Shown here: positions 10,204 to 17,887 of the stretch, one piece after another
Layout of the letters: each line of letters opens with the position of its first letter
How positions within the stretch are numbered: the first letter of the stretch is position 1
IMG/VR virus record: IMGVR_UViG_3300027985_000710
Coordinates: 1 to 32,303 of that record
DNA: 32,303 bases
Source: a virus
Taxonomy: Duplodnaviria > Caudoviricetes
Reading direction: 5' to 3' (one strand)
Position numbers and translations under genes: made by a program
The notes under the pieces: model-generated
The model's database searches: none
Told to the model about the DNA's origin: nothing
The model's input: the letters and a program-made list of their open reading frames with translations, nothing else

Positions 10204-10740
10204 CTAGAGGCCCTTGAGCTTGCACAGCTCTTTGACCCCTGGCGCAGAACCGTACTGGTAGGTGCATTCTCCGCCCATCGACTCACAGAGGGCCTTGCGA
10301 TCCTCATAGTCGAGCCCACCTAGAGTCAATTTGCACTGGAAAGTGCAATGGGTTTCGAGAGGACCCGTGTAGTTCCACCACGACTCACTACTCGTCCGGA
10401 GGTCCTCCAGGTAGCCGAGCATTTCTCCGGGGTCGGTGGGGGCACAGATCATATCGGGCCGTGGCTCCCCGTCCACGAAGGGGCGCAATTCTGGAAGCCT
10501 AAAGTTCAGCGTCCGGCAATAGTCCACACACCTACCCCACAGGTCCCCCGGCTCAGTGCCCTCGTAGGGGTCCCAATCCTCCCCGTGGAGCACGGTGTCA
10601 ATGAGACTGACCTCCGGCGCGGCATCGAGCGCCGGGCCGGAGTCCAGCTCGGGGACGGACCCGAGGGGGCCTCCCAGCCCTTCTGGGTCGGAGCCACAGC
10701 CTACCAGCGCCAGCGCCACTACCATCATCCACCGTGTCAT
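10204..10740 (-). CDS. Cys-rich lipoprotein (178 aa)
   Basis: Signal MTRWMMVVALALVG-C with lipobox, eight further Cys, GGAGG RBS. Confidence 0.8.
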   Translation of the reverse strand: MTRWMMVVALALVGCGSDPEGLGGPLGSVPELDSGPALDAAPEVSLIDTVLHGEDWDPYEGTEPGDLWGRCVDYCRTLNFRLPELRPFVDGEPRPDMICAPTDPGEMLGYLEDLRTSSESWWNYTGPLETHCTFQCKLTLGGLDYEDRKALCESMGGECTYQYGSAPGVKELCKLKGL

Positions 10741-10785
10741 GATTCAAGCCTCCATTTCCAAGCTTCCCCTGAGGCTGGACCCGCG

Positions 10786-12459
10786 TCAACCGGCCTCGGG
10801 ATTCTGGTTTCCATCCGGGGACTTGTCCCGGTGAAGCTCGATGGTGTCGCGCCCCTCCTCCACGAAGGTGTGGGGGGCCACCTCACGATATGTCGCATCC
10901 CTGATGGTGACCACGTAGCGGACCGGCTCCCCGAAGGTCACGGTCCACGGATCCACGGTGCCCTTCTTAGGGAACGTGATCCGGATCCGGTCACCTTGTT
11001 TGGAGAAGGCAATCTTCTCTGTGCCGAGTAGGTCACGGAGGAGCTGGTTGCGCCCTCTTGGGTCCTTCGTGGCTTTCATTTTGCGTGCCACGGAGTAGGC
11101 CCGGTCCAGGACCCCGGCCTCATCCTGGGCCTTGCGGTCCCTCTCAGCTATACTGGATTGGATTGTTGCAATCTTGGCTTCCAGCGTCTGCATTTCGGTG
11201 TGGATGGGTGCCCATTCTTTCTCGTAGGCGTCCAAGGAAAGCATCCCCTTCCTGTGGAGGTGAACTAGCCTCCCCTCCCCCTCTCGAACGTCACGAAGGG
11301 CCGCTCTAGCGTCCGCAAGCTTGCCTTCCAGTCCGTTGCCTTGGGCCTCCTGAACCTCGGCACCGGCAAGGACCATGGCCCAGGTCCCGGCAGCCGTCCA
11401 AAGCCACCTCTCCAGCTCCCCATCGTAGCGGGCTGAGACACGGCAGAACTGGCACGAGAGGTAGGCCCGGTGCATGTCCTTCGGGTTGGCCTTCACATGG
11501 ATTTGCATCGTGTGGCCGCACCCCGGACAACGAAGGGCACCGGAGAAGGCATGGACTCGCTTGCCCCGGGGCTTGGCCTTCGTGGCCGTTGCAGCACGGA
11601 GGCGGAGGTAGGTGTCCCTGTCGAGGATGGCCGGGACCTTCACCGTGGCCTCCTCCCCCTGGTAGGTGTAGCGGATGACTCCCAGGTAGCGATCGGCCTT
11701 CTTCACGAATAGCCGCCAAAGGTAGCCCTGGTCCCATGACCCAGCCTTCCCAGAGGGCCGGGGGATGCCTTCCTCCGTGGCCCGTCGTGCGGCATGAGCA
11801 CATCCACCCTCGATGACCCATCCCGCAATCTGTCGGACGTGTGTGGCCCGCACGGGGTCAATTACGATGGACCATGCACGCCGGGGGTGCTCGGGGTCAT
11901 CCGGCTTCGTGCGGTAGCCGTAGGGCAGATGTCCCCAGATGGGGGTCCCTTCCTTGAGCTTTTTCTTCATCGCGCGGATGACACGTTCCGTCCGATCCTC
12001 GTTCTCCTGTGAGGACATCCCCGTTTCGACGTTGTAGAGCAGGACCTGTGTGGGATCCACGTAGCCCCTCGTGGTCAGTATGCGGACGTCATGAGCCACG
12101 AGGGTCCGTTCGATCCGGTGGCAGTCATCGAGGGACCGGACGTTCTTCATCGAGCGACGGAAGAGCCGGTCCACCTTCACGGTCACGATGGCATCGGCCT
12201 GGACCTCACCTGATTCGAGCTGGTCCAGCATGGTGCCAAGCACGCGCCGATGAAGGGTCCTCCCTGACCTCCCCTCGTCCAGCCAGTACCGTGAGCCGTC
12301 CGGCGCCGGGATGACCTCTACGGGGCCGTCCAGGCCCTGTAGGAGTCGTTCCAATTCGGGGGGCTGGCTCTCGATGGTCTGCCGGTTCTTCTGCTCGGCG
12401 CTGGAGACGCGAGCGTAGAGGATGACCTTCGTGGGCTTCGTTTTTGGGGAGCTGGGCAT
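10786..12459 (-). CDS. Large serine recombinase (integrase), 557 aa
   Basis: YARVSS catalytic Ser, DEGRSG, VDRLFR, PYGY recombinase domain, CPGC...CQFC zinc ribbon, coiled coil. Confidence 0.95.
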   Translation of the reverse strand: MPSSPKTKPTKVILYARVSSAEQKNRQTIESQPPELERLLQGLDGPVEVIPAPDGSRYWLDEGRSGRTLHRRVLGTMLDQLESGEVQADAIVTVKVDRLFRRSMKNVRSLDDCHRIERTLVAHDVRILTTRGYVDPTQVLLYNVETGMSSQENEDRTERVIRAMKKKLKEGTPIWGHLPYGYRTKPDDPEHPRRAWSIVIDPVRATHVRQIAGWVIEGGCAHAARRATEEGIPRPSGKAGSWDQGYLWRLFVKKADRYLGVIRYTYQGEEATVKVPAILDRDTYLRLRAATATKAKPRGKRVHAFSGALRCPGCGHTMQIHVKANPKDMHRAYLSCQFCRVSARYDGELERWLWTAAGTWAMVLAGAEVQEAQGNGLEGKLADARAALRDVREGEGRLVHLHRKGMLSLDAYEKEWAPIHTEMQTLEAKIATIQSSIAERDRKAQDEAGVLDRAYSVARKMKATKDPRGRNQLLRDLLGTEKIAFSKQGDRIRITFPKKGTVDPWTVTFGEPVRYVVTIRDATYREVAPHTFVEEGRDTIELHRDKSPDGNQNPEAG

Positions 12460-12470
12460 CTGGTGAGTAT

Positions 12471-12516
12471 GTCACTATAACTTGACCCGGTCAAGGTCTA
12501 GTCACGTTCTAGTGAC
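12471..12516. other. Candidate attP site of the serine integrase
   Basis: 46-bp imperfect palindrome (16 of 22 positions symmetric) about a central AA at 12493-12494, 11 bp upstream of the integrase ATG. Confidence 0.7.
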
Positions 12517-12996
12517 GCTTCTCCCGGAAAGGCGATCGTATTGTGCTCGGAGTTGTTCGATTCGCACACTACCGGCGCTAGGCCCCCTCGGCATTTGATC
12601 TGGTGGTCCTGAATCGTCGGGAGGTAGGGGTATAGACTCGTTCAGTTTGGCATAGTGTGCTTGGATGTTGTGCCACAGGACGTGGCGCAATCGGTTTGTG
12701 TACCCGGTTTCATCCAGCCCCCTGTAATTCATAGCCCGGGTGAGCAACAGGAACCATCCGTGCTGCTCACTGCTCCGAGAGTCCGGGATCAATTGAGCTA
12801 GCTGCCCCCATGTAGGCGCGTTCCCGGATCCTCGGGGCATGTCCTTGGGGACGGCCACCTTGTCCAAGCTGGTGAGGGCGCACGGGTCCGATGACCCGAG
12901 GTTGCCCACCCCATCGTCCCGGAGGGTGAGGTCCGGGGGTTCGTCCTCCGGCGCGGCAACCTCGTGGGAGGGGTAGGTTCGTTCGTTGGGCTTCAT
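12502..12996 (-). CDS. Hypothetical protein (164 aa)
   Basis: ATGA-coupled to the upstream gene; stop lies within the candidate attP arm. Confidence 0.65.
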   Translation of the reverse strand: MKPNERTYPSHEVAAPEDEPPDLTLRDDGVGNLGSSDPCALTSLDKVAVPKDMPRGSGNAPTWGQLAQLIPDSRSSEQHGWFLLLTRAMNYRGLDETGYTNRLRHVLWHNIQAHYAKLNESIPLPPDDSGPPDQMPRGPSAGSVRIEQLRAQYDRLSGRSVTRT

Positions 12997-13397
12997 GGCT
13001 GTTGCTCCTTGCTCCGGGCATATCGCTCCCGGCGTAGTCGATTGATGCGCTCGCGCTCCTCCGGCTGGGCTCGCTTGATCTTGATGGCGTCGTAGCGGGC
13101 CTTGTCGTAGGTGGCCTTTTTCGCCTTGGCCTCCGGCCTCGATTGCCGTCTGCGATCCCGGACCGCCTTGAAGTGCTTCCAGTCCGGGGTGCTCCAGATG
13201 AAAACCTCAAAGTGCTTTCGGGCCTGGCCCGGGAAGCCCATGGGGTCGGCAACGGACAAGGCTGTGATTTCTCTCTTGTAGGCGAGCCAAACCCCATTGA
13301 CCTTGGACAGCTCCTTGGCCTTGCCCGGTTCAAGGTCGCGCATCTGCTGGAGGACCGAGGTCCGGAAGGCCAACAGGGGATCCCATTGCTCAGGCAT
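12993..13397 (-). CDS. Hypothetical basic protein (134 aa), probable nucleic-acid binder
   Basis: GGAGG RBS, overlap with loader-like gene, Arg/Lys-rich helical C-terminus. Confidence 0.7.
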   Translation of the reverse strand: MPEQWDPLLAFRTSVLQQMRDLEPGKAKELSKVNGVWLAYKREITALSVADPMGFPGQARKHFEVFIWSTPDWKHFKAVRDRRRQSRPEAKAKKATYDKARYDAIKIKRAQPEERERINRLRRERYARSKEQQP

Positions 13398-14037
13398 GGG
13401 CCACCTCCCACGAGGACATGTAAGCCTCCAGTTGCGGCGAGTAGATCGGGCACTTCTTAAGCGGCGTGTCGTCCTGGTCCTCTACGATCCAAATGGGGCT
13501 ATTCAATTTCTCACGTCGTTTGAGCGCGTCAAGAAAGACGGTGTCGAAGTCCTTGAGCTTTTGCGTGAGATACCCAACCCGGACCACCAGCAGATCGGGG
13601 GGCTCCACCAGATCGGGGATCCCTGTGGTCTCCTTCGCCTTTGCCAAATTGGCCTTGTCGGCAAAGTTGGCGGTCCGCACATCCTCGTCTGTGATGATGC
13701 GGAAGGACCACTCTAGAGTCAGGCCCCACATCCGGCGCACCACAGCATGGAGGATGTGTGGGGCCAATACGGACCACGGGCCGATGAGATGCATGGACGT
13801 GTCTGTCTTGGGGTCCAGCTCCCCCGAGGGGGGCATTTTCACGCCGCGAAGGCCATGGAGCCTTGGGCGGATTGTTCTCCAGATGAGGCACCGGCACGGC
13901 CCGGGGCCTGAAGTTGCATCTCCCTTTGCGTCTGTGGTGGGTACGATAACCCACCCGCTCCCATCACACCATGGGCACTTGTTCGTGGTGGGCTCGGGGT
14001 TGGGCTGCTCTTGCTTCGGATTTGTGATCGTGAGCAT
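13390..14037 (-). CDS. DnaC/IstB-like helicase-loader homolog with degenerate ATPase motifs
   Basis: CPWCDGSG...PCRC zinc motif, DLLVVRVG at the Walker B position, RR...PIWI motif. Directly after DnaB; GGAGG RBS before ATG 14037. Confidence 0.6.
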   Translation of the reverse strand: MLTITNPKQEQPNPEPTTNKCPWCDGSGWVIVPTTDAKGDATSGPGPCRCLIWRTIRPRLHGLRGVKMPPSGELDPKTDTSMHLIGPWSVLAPHILHAVVRRMWGLTLEWSFRIITDEDVRTANFADKANLAKAKETTGIPDLVEPPDLLVVRVGYLTQKLKDFDTVFLDALKRREKLNSPIWIVEDQDDTPLKKCPIYSPQLEAYMSSWEVAHA

Positions 14038-14039
14038 GG

Positions 14040-15509
14040 CTATACCTCCCCCATCCAATCAGCGCCGTCATCAACGTGCATGTCCGGCAGGTTCGAAACC
14101 ACAGGGTTTTCAATACGCCGGCACTTGAGCCTTGCCCGAAGCAAGGTAGGAGGGAAGTGGGCCGTGTCCCTCGACTTCAGACACGAGAGGAGAGTCGTCT
14201 CATTGTCCCTGTGATTGTCATCCAGGTAGGTGGCCGTCACGAAGTCCGCCGATCGTTCTGCCTCGTTCGCGAACGCTAGATGGTAGAGGCTGTAGACTCC
14301 GCCGTTTTTTTCGGCGTGCTGGAGGCCCTGGCGGTTGATCTGGGCCAACAGAAGGACGGGGACGCCAATGCCCTCCGATGCTTCCTTGTGTCTGAATTGC
14401 AATGCTAGAGCTTTGGAATCCCGGAAGATCGAATTCTGCTCCACCAGGTAATTGTGGTTTCTACGCCGTGGCATAACCAGGCCAGCGTGATCGATCACGA
14501 TGAGGTCAATTGCCATCGAGCGCTCAACCTCCATCGCGTGGTTGCGGATGTCATCGATCGTGACGTCCTGGTCCGGGCACCACACTCTGATCTGGCAATG
14601 CTCATTGTTGCCCTCCCAGTCGGCCAGGACCTCATCGTAAAATGCCCGATCCTCGGGTGATAGTTGGGCGTCCCGGACCTGGATGTAATCCAATGCACGG
14701 CCACCAAATCGGGGGTCCCCACTGTGGCACACGGCCGCTATCCGGTGGATTTGGTCCTTCGGCATCTCAAGCGAGACATAGAGGACGTTGCGCCGATGAC
14801 GCGCACGGGCAGTGACCGCCCAAGTCATCGCCAGAGTCGATTTGAGATGGCCAGCAAACCCGGCATGGACGTGCAATTGGCCGGGACGCAGCCCCCGGAA
14901 GGTCCTGTCCATGACCTCGATGCCGCTGATTACACCCCAGGCCCGGGAGGGGGATGCCAAGATCCGGGCATACTCCTCACGCAACTGGTTCGATTGACCG
15001 ATGTCTCCAGCCGTGTCGGCCGGCTTGCCCTCGTCTGGGATTGGATCCCACAGCCGGGGGCCTAGAAATTCGGCAGCATCACGAGGCCCCTGGAGATGCT
15101 TCTTCTCCCGGCCCTCCTTGACCTCCATGCCCTTGCTCACCACCTCCTGGGCGTCCTTGAGCAACTTGAGCATTTTGATCTTGCTCAGCTCCTGGGTGGC
15201 CCCCTCCAGGAGGTAGTGATAGTTGGTGCCTACGTAGAGGGTCTTGGCCTCGATATCCTTGAGGCGTTCGAGTGCTTCCACCCCGGATGGCATCGCCTCG
15301 AAATACTCTGCCATGAGGGCTACAGGCGGGACCCCCATTGTGTTCAAAAAGAAGCCCCGGACGTAGGTCCAGATGGCTGCGTCATCCGGCCGGCCCCACT
15401 CAATACGGCCTTGGTCGATGGCACGCGCTAGCATCCGATGATTGACCAGGAGGTCATTCACGTCATCGGACGTGCTGAATTGAATTACCCCACGCAACAG
15501 TCTAGACAT
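14040..15509 (-). CDS. dnaB: DnaB-like replicative helicase (489 aa)
   Basis: GFAGHLKS Walker A variant, VSLEM, LIVIDH, LLAQINR, AERSAD, KSR. Confidence 0.92.
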   Translation of the reverse strand: MSRLLRGVIQFSTSDDVNDLLVNHRMLARAIDQGRIEWGRPDDAAIWTYVRGFFLNTMGVPPVALMAEYFEAMPSGVEALERLKDIEAKTLYVGTNYHYLLEGATQELSKIKMLKLLKDAQEVVSKGMEVKEGREKKHLQGPRDAAEFLGPRLWDPIPDEGKPADTAGDIGQSNQLREEYARILASPSRAWGVISGIEVMDRTFRGLRPGQLHVHAGFAGHLKSTLAMTWAVTARARHRRNVLYVSLEMPKDQIHRIAAVCHSGDPRFGGRALDYIQVRDAQLSPEDRAFYDEVLADWEGNNEHCQIRVWCPDQDVTIDDIRNHAMEVERSMAIDLIVIDHAGLVMPRRRNHNYLVEQNSIFRDSKALALQFRHKEASEGIGVPVLLLAQINRQGLQHAEKNGGVYSLYHLAFANEAERSADFVTATYLDDNHRDNETTLLSCLKSRDTAHFPPTLLRARLKCRRIENPVVSNLPDMHVDDGADWMGEV

Positions 15510-15511
15510 GG

Positions 15512-15706
15512 TCAGCCCTCCCCCGTGCCATCAATCACCAGCTGGCGAGGGTCGGGGGCCGGTGGCTCGATGGTGAGGTTGTTCTCCCTTGCCCAATCCG
15601 AGAGGGCTTGCTTCACGAGGTCGCGGAGCTGGACCCCTCGTCTCACGGATTCGAGCTTGAGGGCCTTGTGTAGGTTTTCTTGAATCGCAACGTTCCGCAT
15701 GAGCAT
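15512..15706 (-). CDS. Ribbon-helix-helix (CopG/ParG/Arc-like) regulator
   Basis: RNVAIQENLHKALKLESVRRGVQLRDLVKQAL pattern; AAGGAGA RBS before ATG 15706. Confidence 0.75.
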   Translation of the reverse strand: MLMRNVAIQENLHKALKLESVRRGVQLRDLVKQALSDWARENNLTIEPPAPDPRQLVIDGTGEG

Positions 15707-15953
15707 GACGTTCTCCTTGGCCCGGAGGGCCGATGAGTTGGTCACGCTGATGCGGTACAGGGGGAGGAGGCTCACACTACGGAGGTGGGAGGTGGCCTAC
15801 GCTACAGGGGCAGACCATCAGCGATCTGTATGTATGTCTGAGAGGGTGTGTTTCGTCTCCAATGTTGTGGTGTATTGGAACCTCGTGAACTTTTCAAACG
15901 AGGTCAAGCACCATCTTCGATTTTTCTACCATGAAGATTGTCCCACATTGTAG

Positions 15954-16039
15954 TTTGTCGTTCACACCTACTCTCTCTCTGATCTGATCTGGGGTCCATC
16001 CCAGAGATTAACAGAGAGAGAGTAGGTGTGAACGACAAA
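15954..16039. repeat. 28-bp perfect inverted repeat with a 30-bp partly self-complementary spacer
   Basis: TTTGTCGTTCACACCTACTCTCTCTCTG (15954-15981) and its exact reverse complement (16012-16039). Confidence 0.95.
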
Positions 16040-16076
16040 TGGGGGTTGATGGCCCCCTCTCGGGGGCCTCATGGCA

Positions 16077-16433
16077 TCAACCCTCCCCGGCCATCTCCCT
16101 CATGGTGGCTCGGCACTGGCGCTCCAGGAGGTCAGCCTCTAGCTCAGCCTCTACTGTGTCACACGCCTCACGGAATCCATCCTCACCGGCGCGGAGACGA
16201 TCCAGGATACGGTCCAGGACGATGATGGGGATCGATGCCGAGCCTACCCACCAGGTGGAACCATGGCCCACCTCAGGGCGGTAGTAGATCGTGAGGCCGG
16301 GCAACTCGATTCTCCAATGGGTGACTTCGGGGTGGTGGGCCGCCAAACGGCGGACTTGATCCCCAACGCCCTCGTAGGTCGTGTCCCCGGTCCAGGTGGA
16401 AATGACTTGATCGGTGTAGATGATAGCTCTCAT
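16077..16433 (-). CDS. Hypothetical protein (118 aa)
   Basis: ATG 2 nt after the upstream stop, GGAGG RBS. Confidence 0.7.
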   Translation of the reverse strand: MRAIIYTDQVISTWTGDTTYEGVGDQVRRLAAHHPEVTHWRIELPGLTIYYRPEVGHGSTWWVGSASIPIIVLDRILDRLRAGEDGFREACDTVEAELEADLLERQCRATMREMAGEG

Positions 16434-16435
16434 GG

Positions 16436-16690
16436 TCAGCCCTCCGAAGTGGTGAATGGATTGCCCTTCACGTTGGCCGGGGTCATCTCCACCCGGACCG
16501 TCTCCTCCTCCGCCTCAGATGCCCCGTCCTGGCCCTCGATGGCCTCGGGGGGTGTCTGTACCCCTCCGGCCCCTAAGAGGCCCTCAAGGGCCTCCTCAGC
16601 CAGAGCGCGGATGGTCGTCCGGCCTTCGGCTGCTCTGACTCTCAGCCGGTGGTGTAGGTCGGGGTTGATGGCGAGATTTTGGTAGCGCAT
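16436..16690 (-). CDS. Ribbon-helix-helix regulator (84 aa), first gene of the leftward operon
   Basis: QNLAINPDLHHRLRVRAAEGRTTIRALAEEAL; GAGGAGG RBS before ATG 16690. Confidence 0.75.
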   Translation of the reverse strand: MRYQNLAINPDLHHRLRVRAAEGRTTIRALAEEALEGLLGAGGVQTPPEAIEGQDGASEAEEETVRVEMTPANVKGNPFTTSEG

Positions 16691-16980
16691 GTGTGCCTCC
16701 TCTTGAATTGTTATCTCACAACATTGCAATTCAAGTGCCAGAATCCTACAGCCATATTTGCCTGGCCGGTGTCCAGATCAATGCAGCCTTGTAAGATTGC
16801 AATTCATCCGTGAAAGCATCGCCGATTTGATAATCAATAACGCGAACTTAACACAAGAGGCCGGCCCTACAGCCCGTGCATACCGAACTGTAAGTACGCG
16901 TTGGAGTTCACAATTGCGAATATGCACAACAGCCCCTTAACCGGCCTGGCACGTCCGCCCTCACCGACGTAAAATGAGGC
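16691..16980. promoter_or_regulatory. AT-richer divergent control region with repeated operator-like motifs
   Basis: Switch point of coding strand. CTTGAATTG-N16-CAATTCAAG (16702-16735); ATTGCAATTCA at 16723 and 16796. Confidence 0.65.
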
Positions 16981-17391
16981 ATGGTGTGGGACGATGAGTT
17001 GCTCAGGGCTGAGATTGCTGGGGAGTTCGATTGGGCGGACAGGGAGGCAACAGAGGTCCGAGAGGTTGATTCCTCACTCTCACAGCGAAAATACGTAGAC
17101 ATCCACGATGATGAGGACAGAGCCCTCCTGGCCGCTGCTCAGAGGGCACGACGGGCGAGAATTTGGGCCGCTCAGCCCAAAGCCAAATTGATCCGAAAGT
17201 GCCTCGACTGCGGAAAAGCCTACACGATCCAACTCCCGTGGCGTAATTCGGGACGATTTCCGCTCTATTGTGTTCATTGTCGTACCGGCCGTCCTCAGAC
17301 CAAACGCTCACAAGAAAACCGCACCCCGAGGGTCCCGGACCACTACTCACGACCCTCTCGGGGGGAACTGGTGCCCTATTGGTCAAAATGA
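16981..17391 (+). CDS. Four-Cys zinc-finger protein (136 aa)
   Basis: CLDC...CVHC after a basic helix; first rightward ORF. Confidence 0.6.
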   Translation: MVWDDELLRAEIAGEFDWADREATEVREVDSSLSQRKYVDIHDDEDRALLAAAQRARRARIWAAQPKAKLIRKCLDCGKAYTIQLPWRNSGRFPLYCVHCRTGRPQTKRSQENRTPRVPDHYSRPSRGELVPYWSK

Positions 17392-17499
17392 GATCTGTGT
17401 AACGCTATATGTATGTAGCCCGCGCAACAATCTCGAAACACTCCACGTAGCAGCCGGCCCCCATCACTCCCACCCCCGGGGGCCGGCACCTTCCCTTCT

Positions 17500-17640
17500 G
17501 GGCCGTATCGGACAACGGATGTCCATCTACCTCACCCGTAGACTCATAGCTCTCACCAGTGTTGCACCTCGCCTCCCTCACGGGTGGCAACCCAGCAGCC
17601 CTCACAAGCATACGAAGTGGTTCGACTCCACTACGGCCCT
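17500..17640 (+). ncRNA. tRNA-like RNA (CAC anticodon loop) with ~73-nt extra arm
   Basis: Perfect acceptor, D, anticodon and T stems with T-loop TTCGACT. No encoded CCA; non-canonical length. Confidence 0.7.
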
Positions 17641-17644
17641 CTAG

Positions 17645-17887
17645 ATGCCCCCCTCCAAGAAGGTGATTTTCTTGCTTCACCCCGAGGCCATCCAATGGCT
17701 ACGGGACGAGTCCTACCGGACGGGGGTGAGTCGTAGTGAGCTGGTCCGCCGTCTGCTGGACAGAGCGCGGGCTGAGAGCCCCTCAGGTGGGGTGGTGATG
17801 CCCCCCGAGCCGGTGAAGGCCGCCACGGCGCCAAAGAATGGCGGCAATGGCCTGTGGTGGATGAGTCGAGGGGGTGACGATGCCTAG
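17645..17887 (+). CDS. Ribbon-helix-helix (CopG-like) protein (80 aa)
   Basis: KKVIFLLHPEAIQWLRDESYRTGVSRSELVRRLL with the typical SRSELVR helix B. Confidence 0.75.
   Translation: MPPSKKVIFLLHPEAIQWLRDESYRTGVSRSELVRRLLDRARAESPSGGVVMPPEPVKAATAPKNGGNGLWWMSRGGDDA

Noticed and set aside
15954-16039. Palindrome as a protelomerase telRL site
   Set aside because: No protelomerase or tyrosine-recombinase ORF is visible, the centre is not a perfect palindrome, and a serine integrase is present.
17500-17640. Canonical tRNA-Val, tRNA-Sec or tmRNA
   Set aside because: The extra arm is about 73 nt, position 37 is C and no CCA is encoded. UCA is one base out of anticodon register. It lacks the G3-U70 pair and is too short for tmRNA.
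17270-17695. ORFs 17270-17644 (+) and 17405-17695 (-)
   Set aside because: They overlap real genes and the structured RNA, lack an RBS and have no protein-like motifs.
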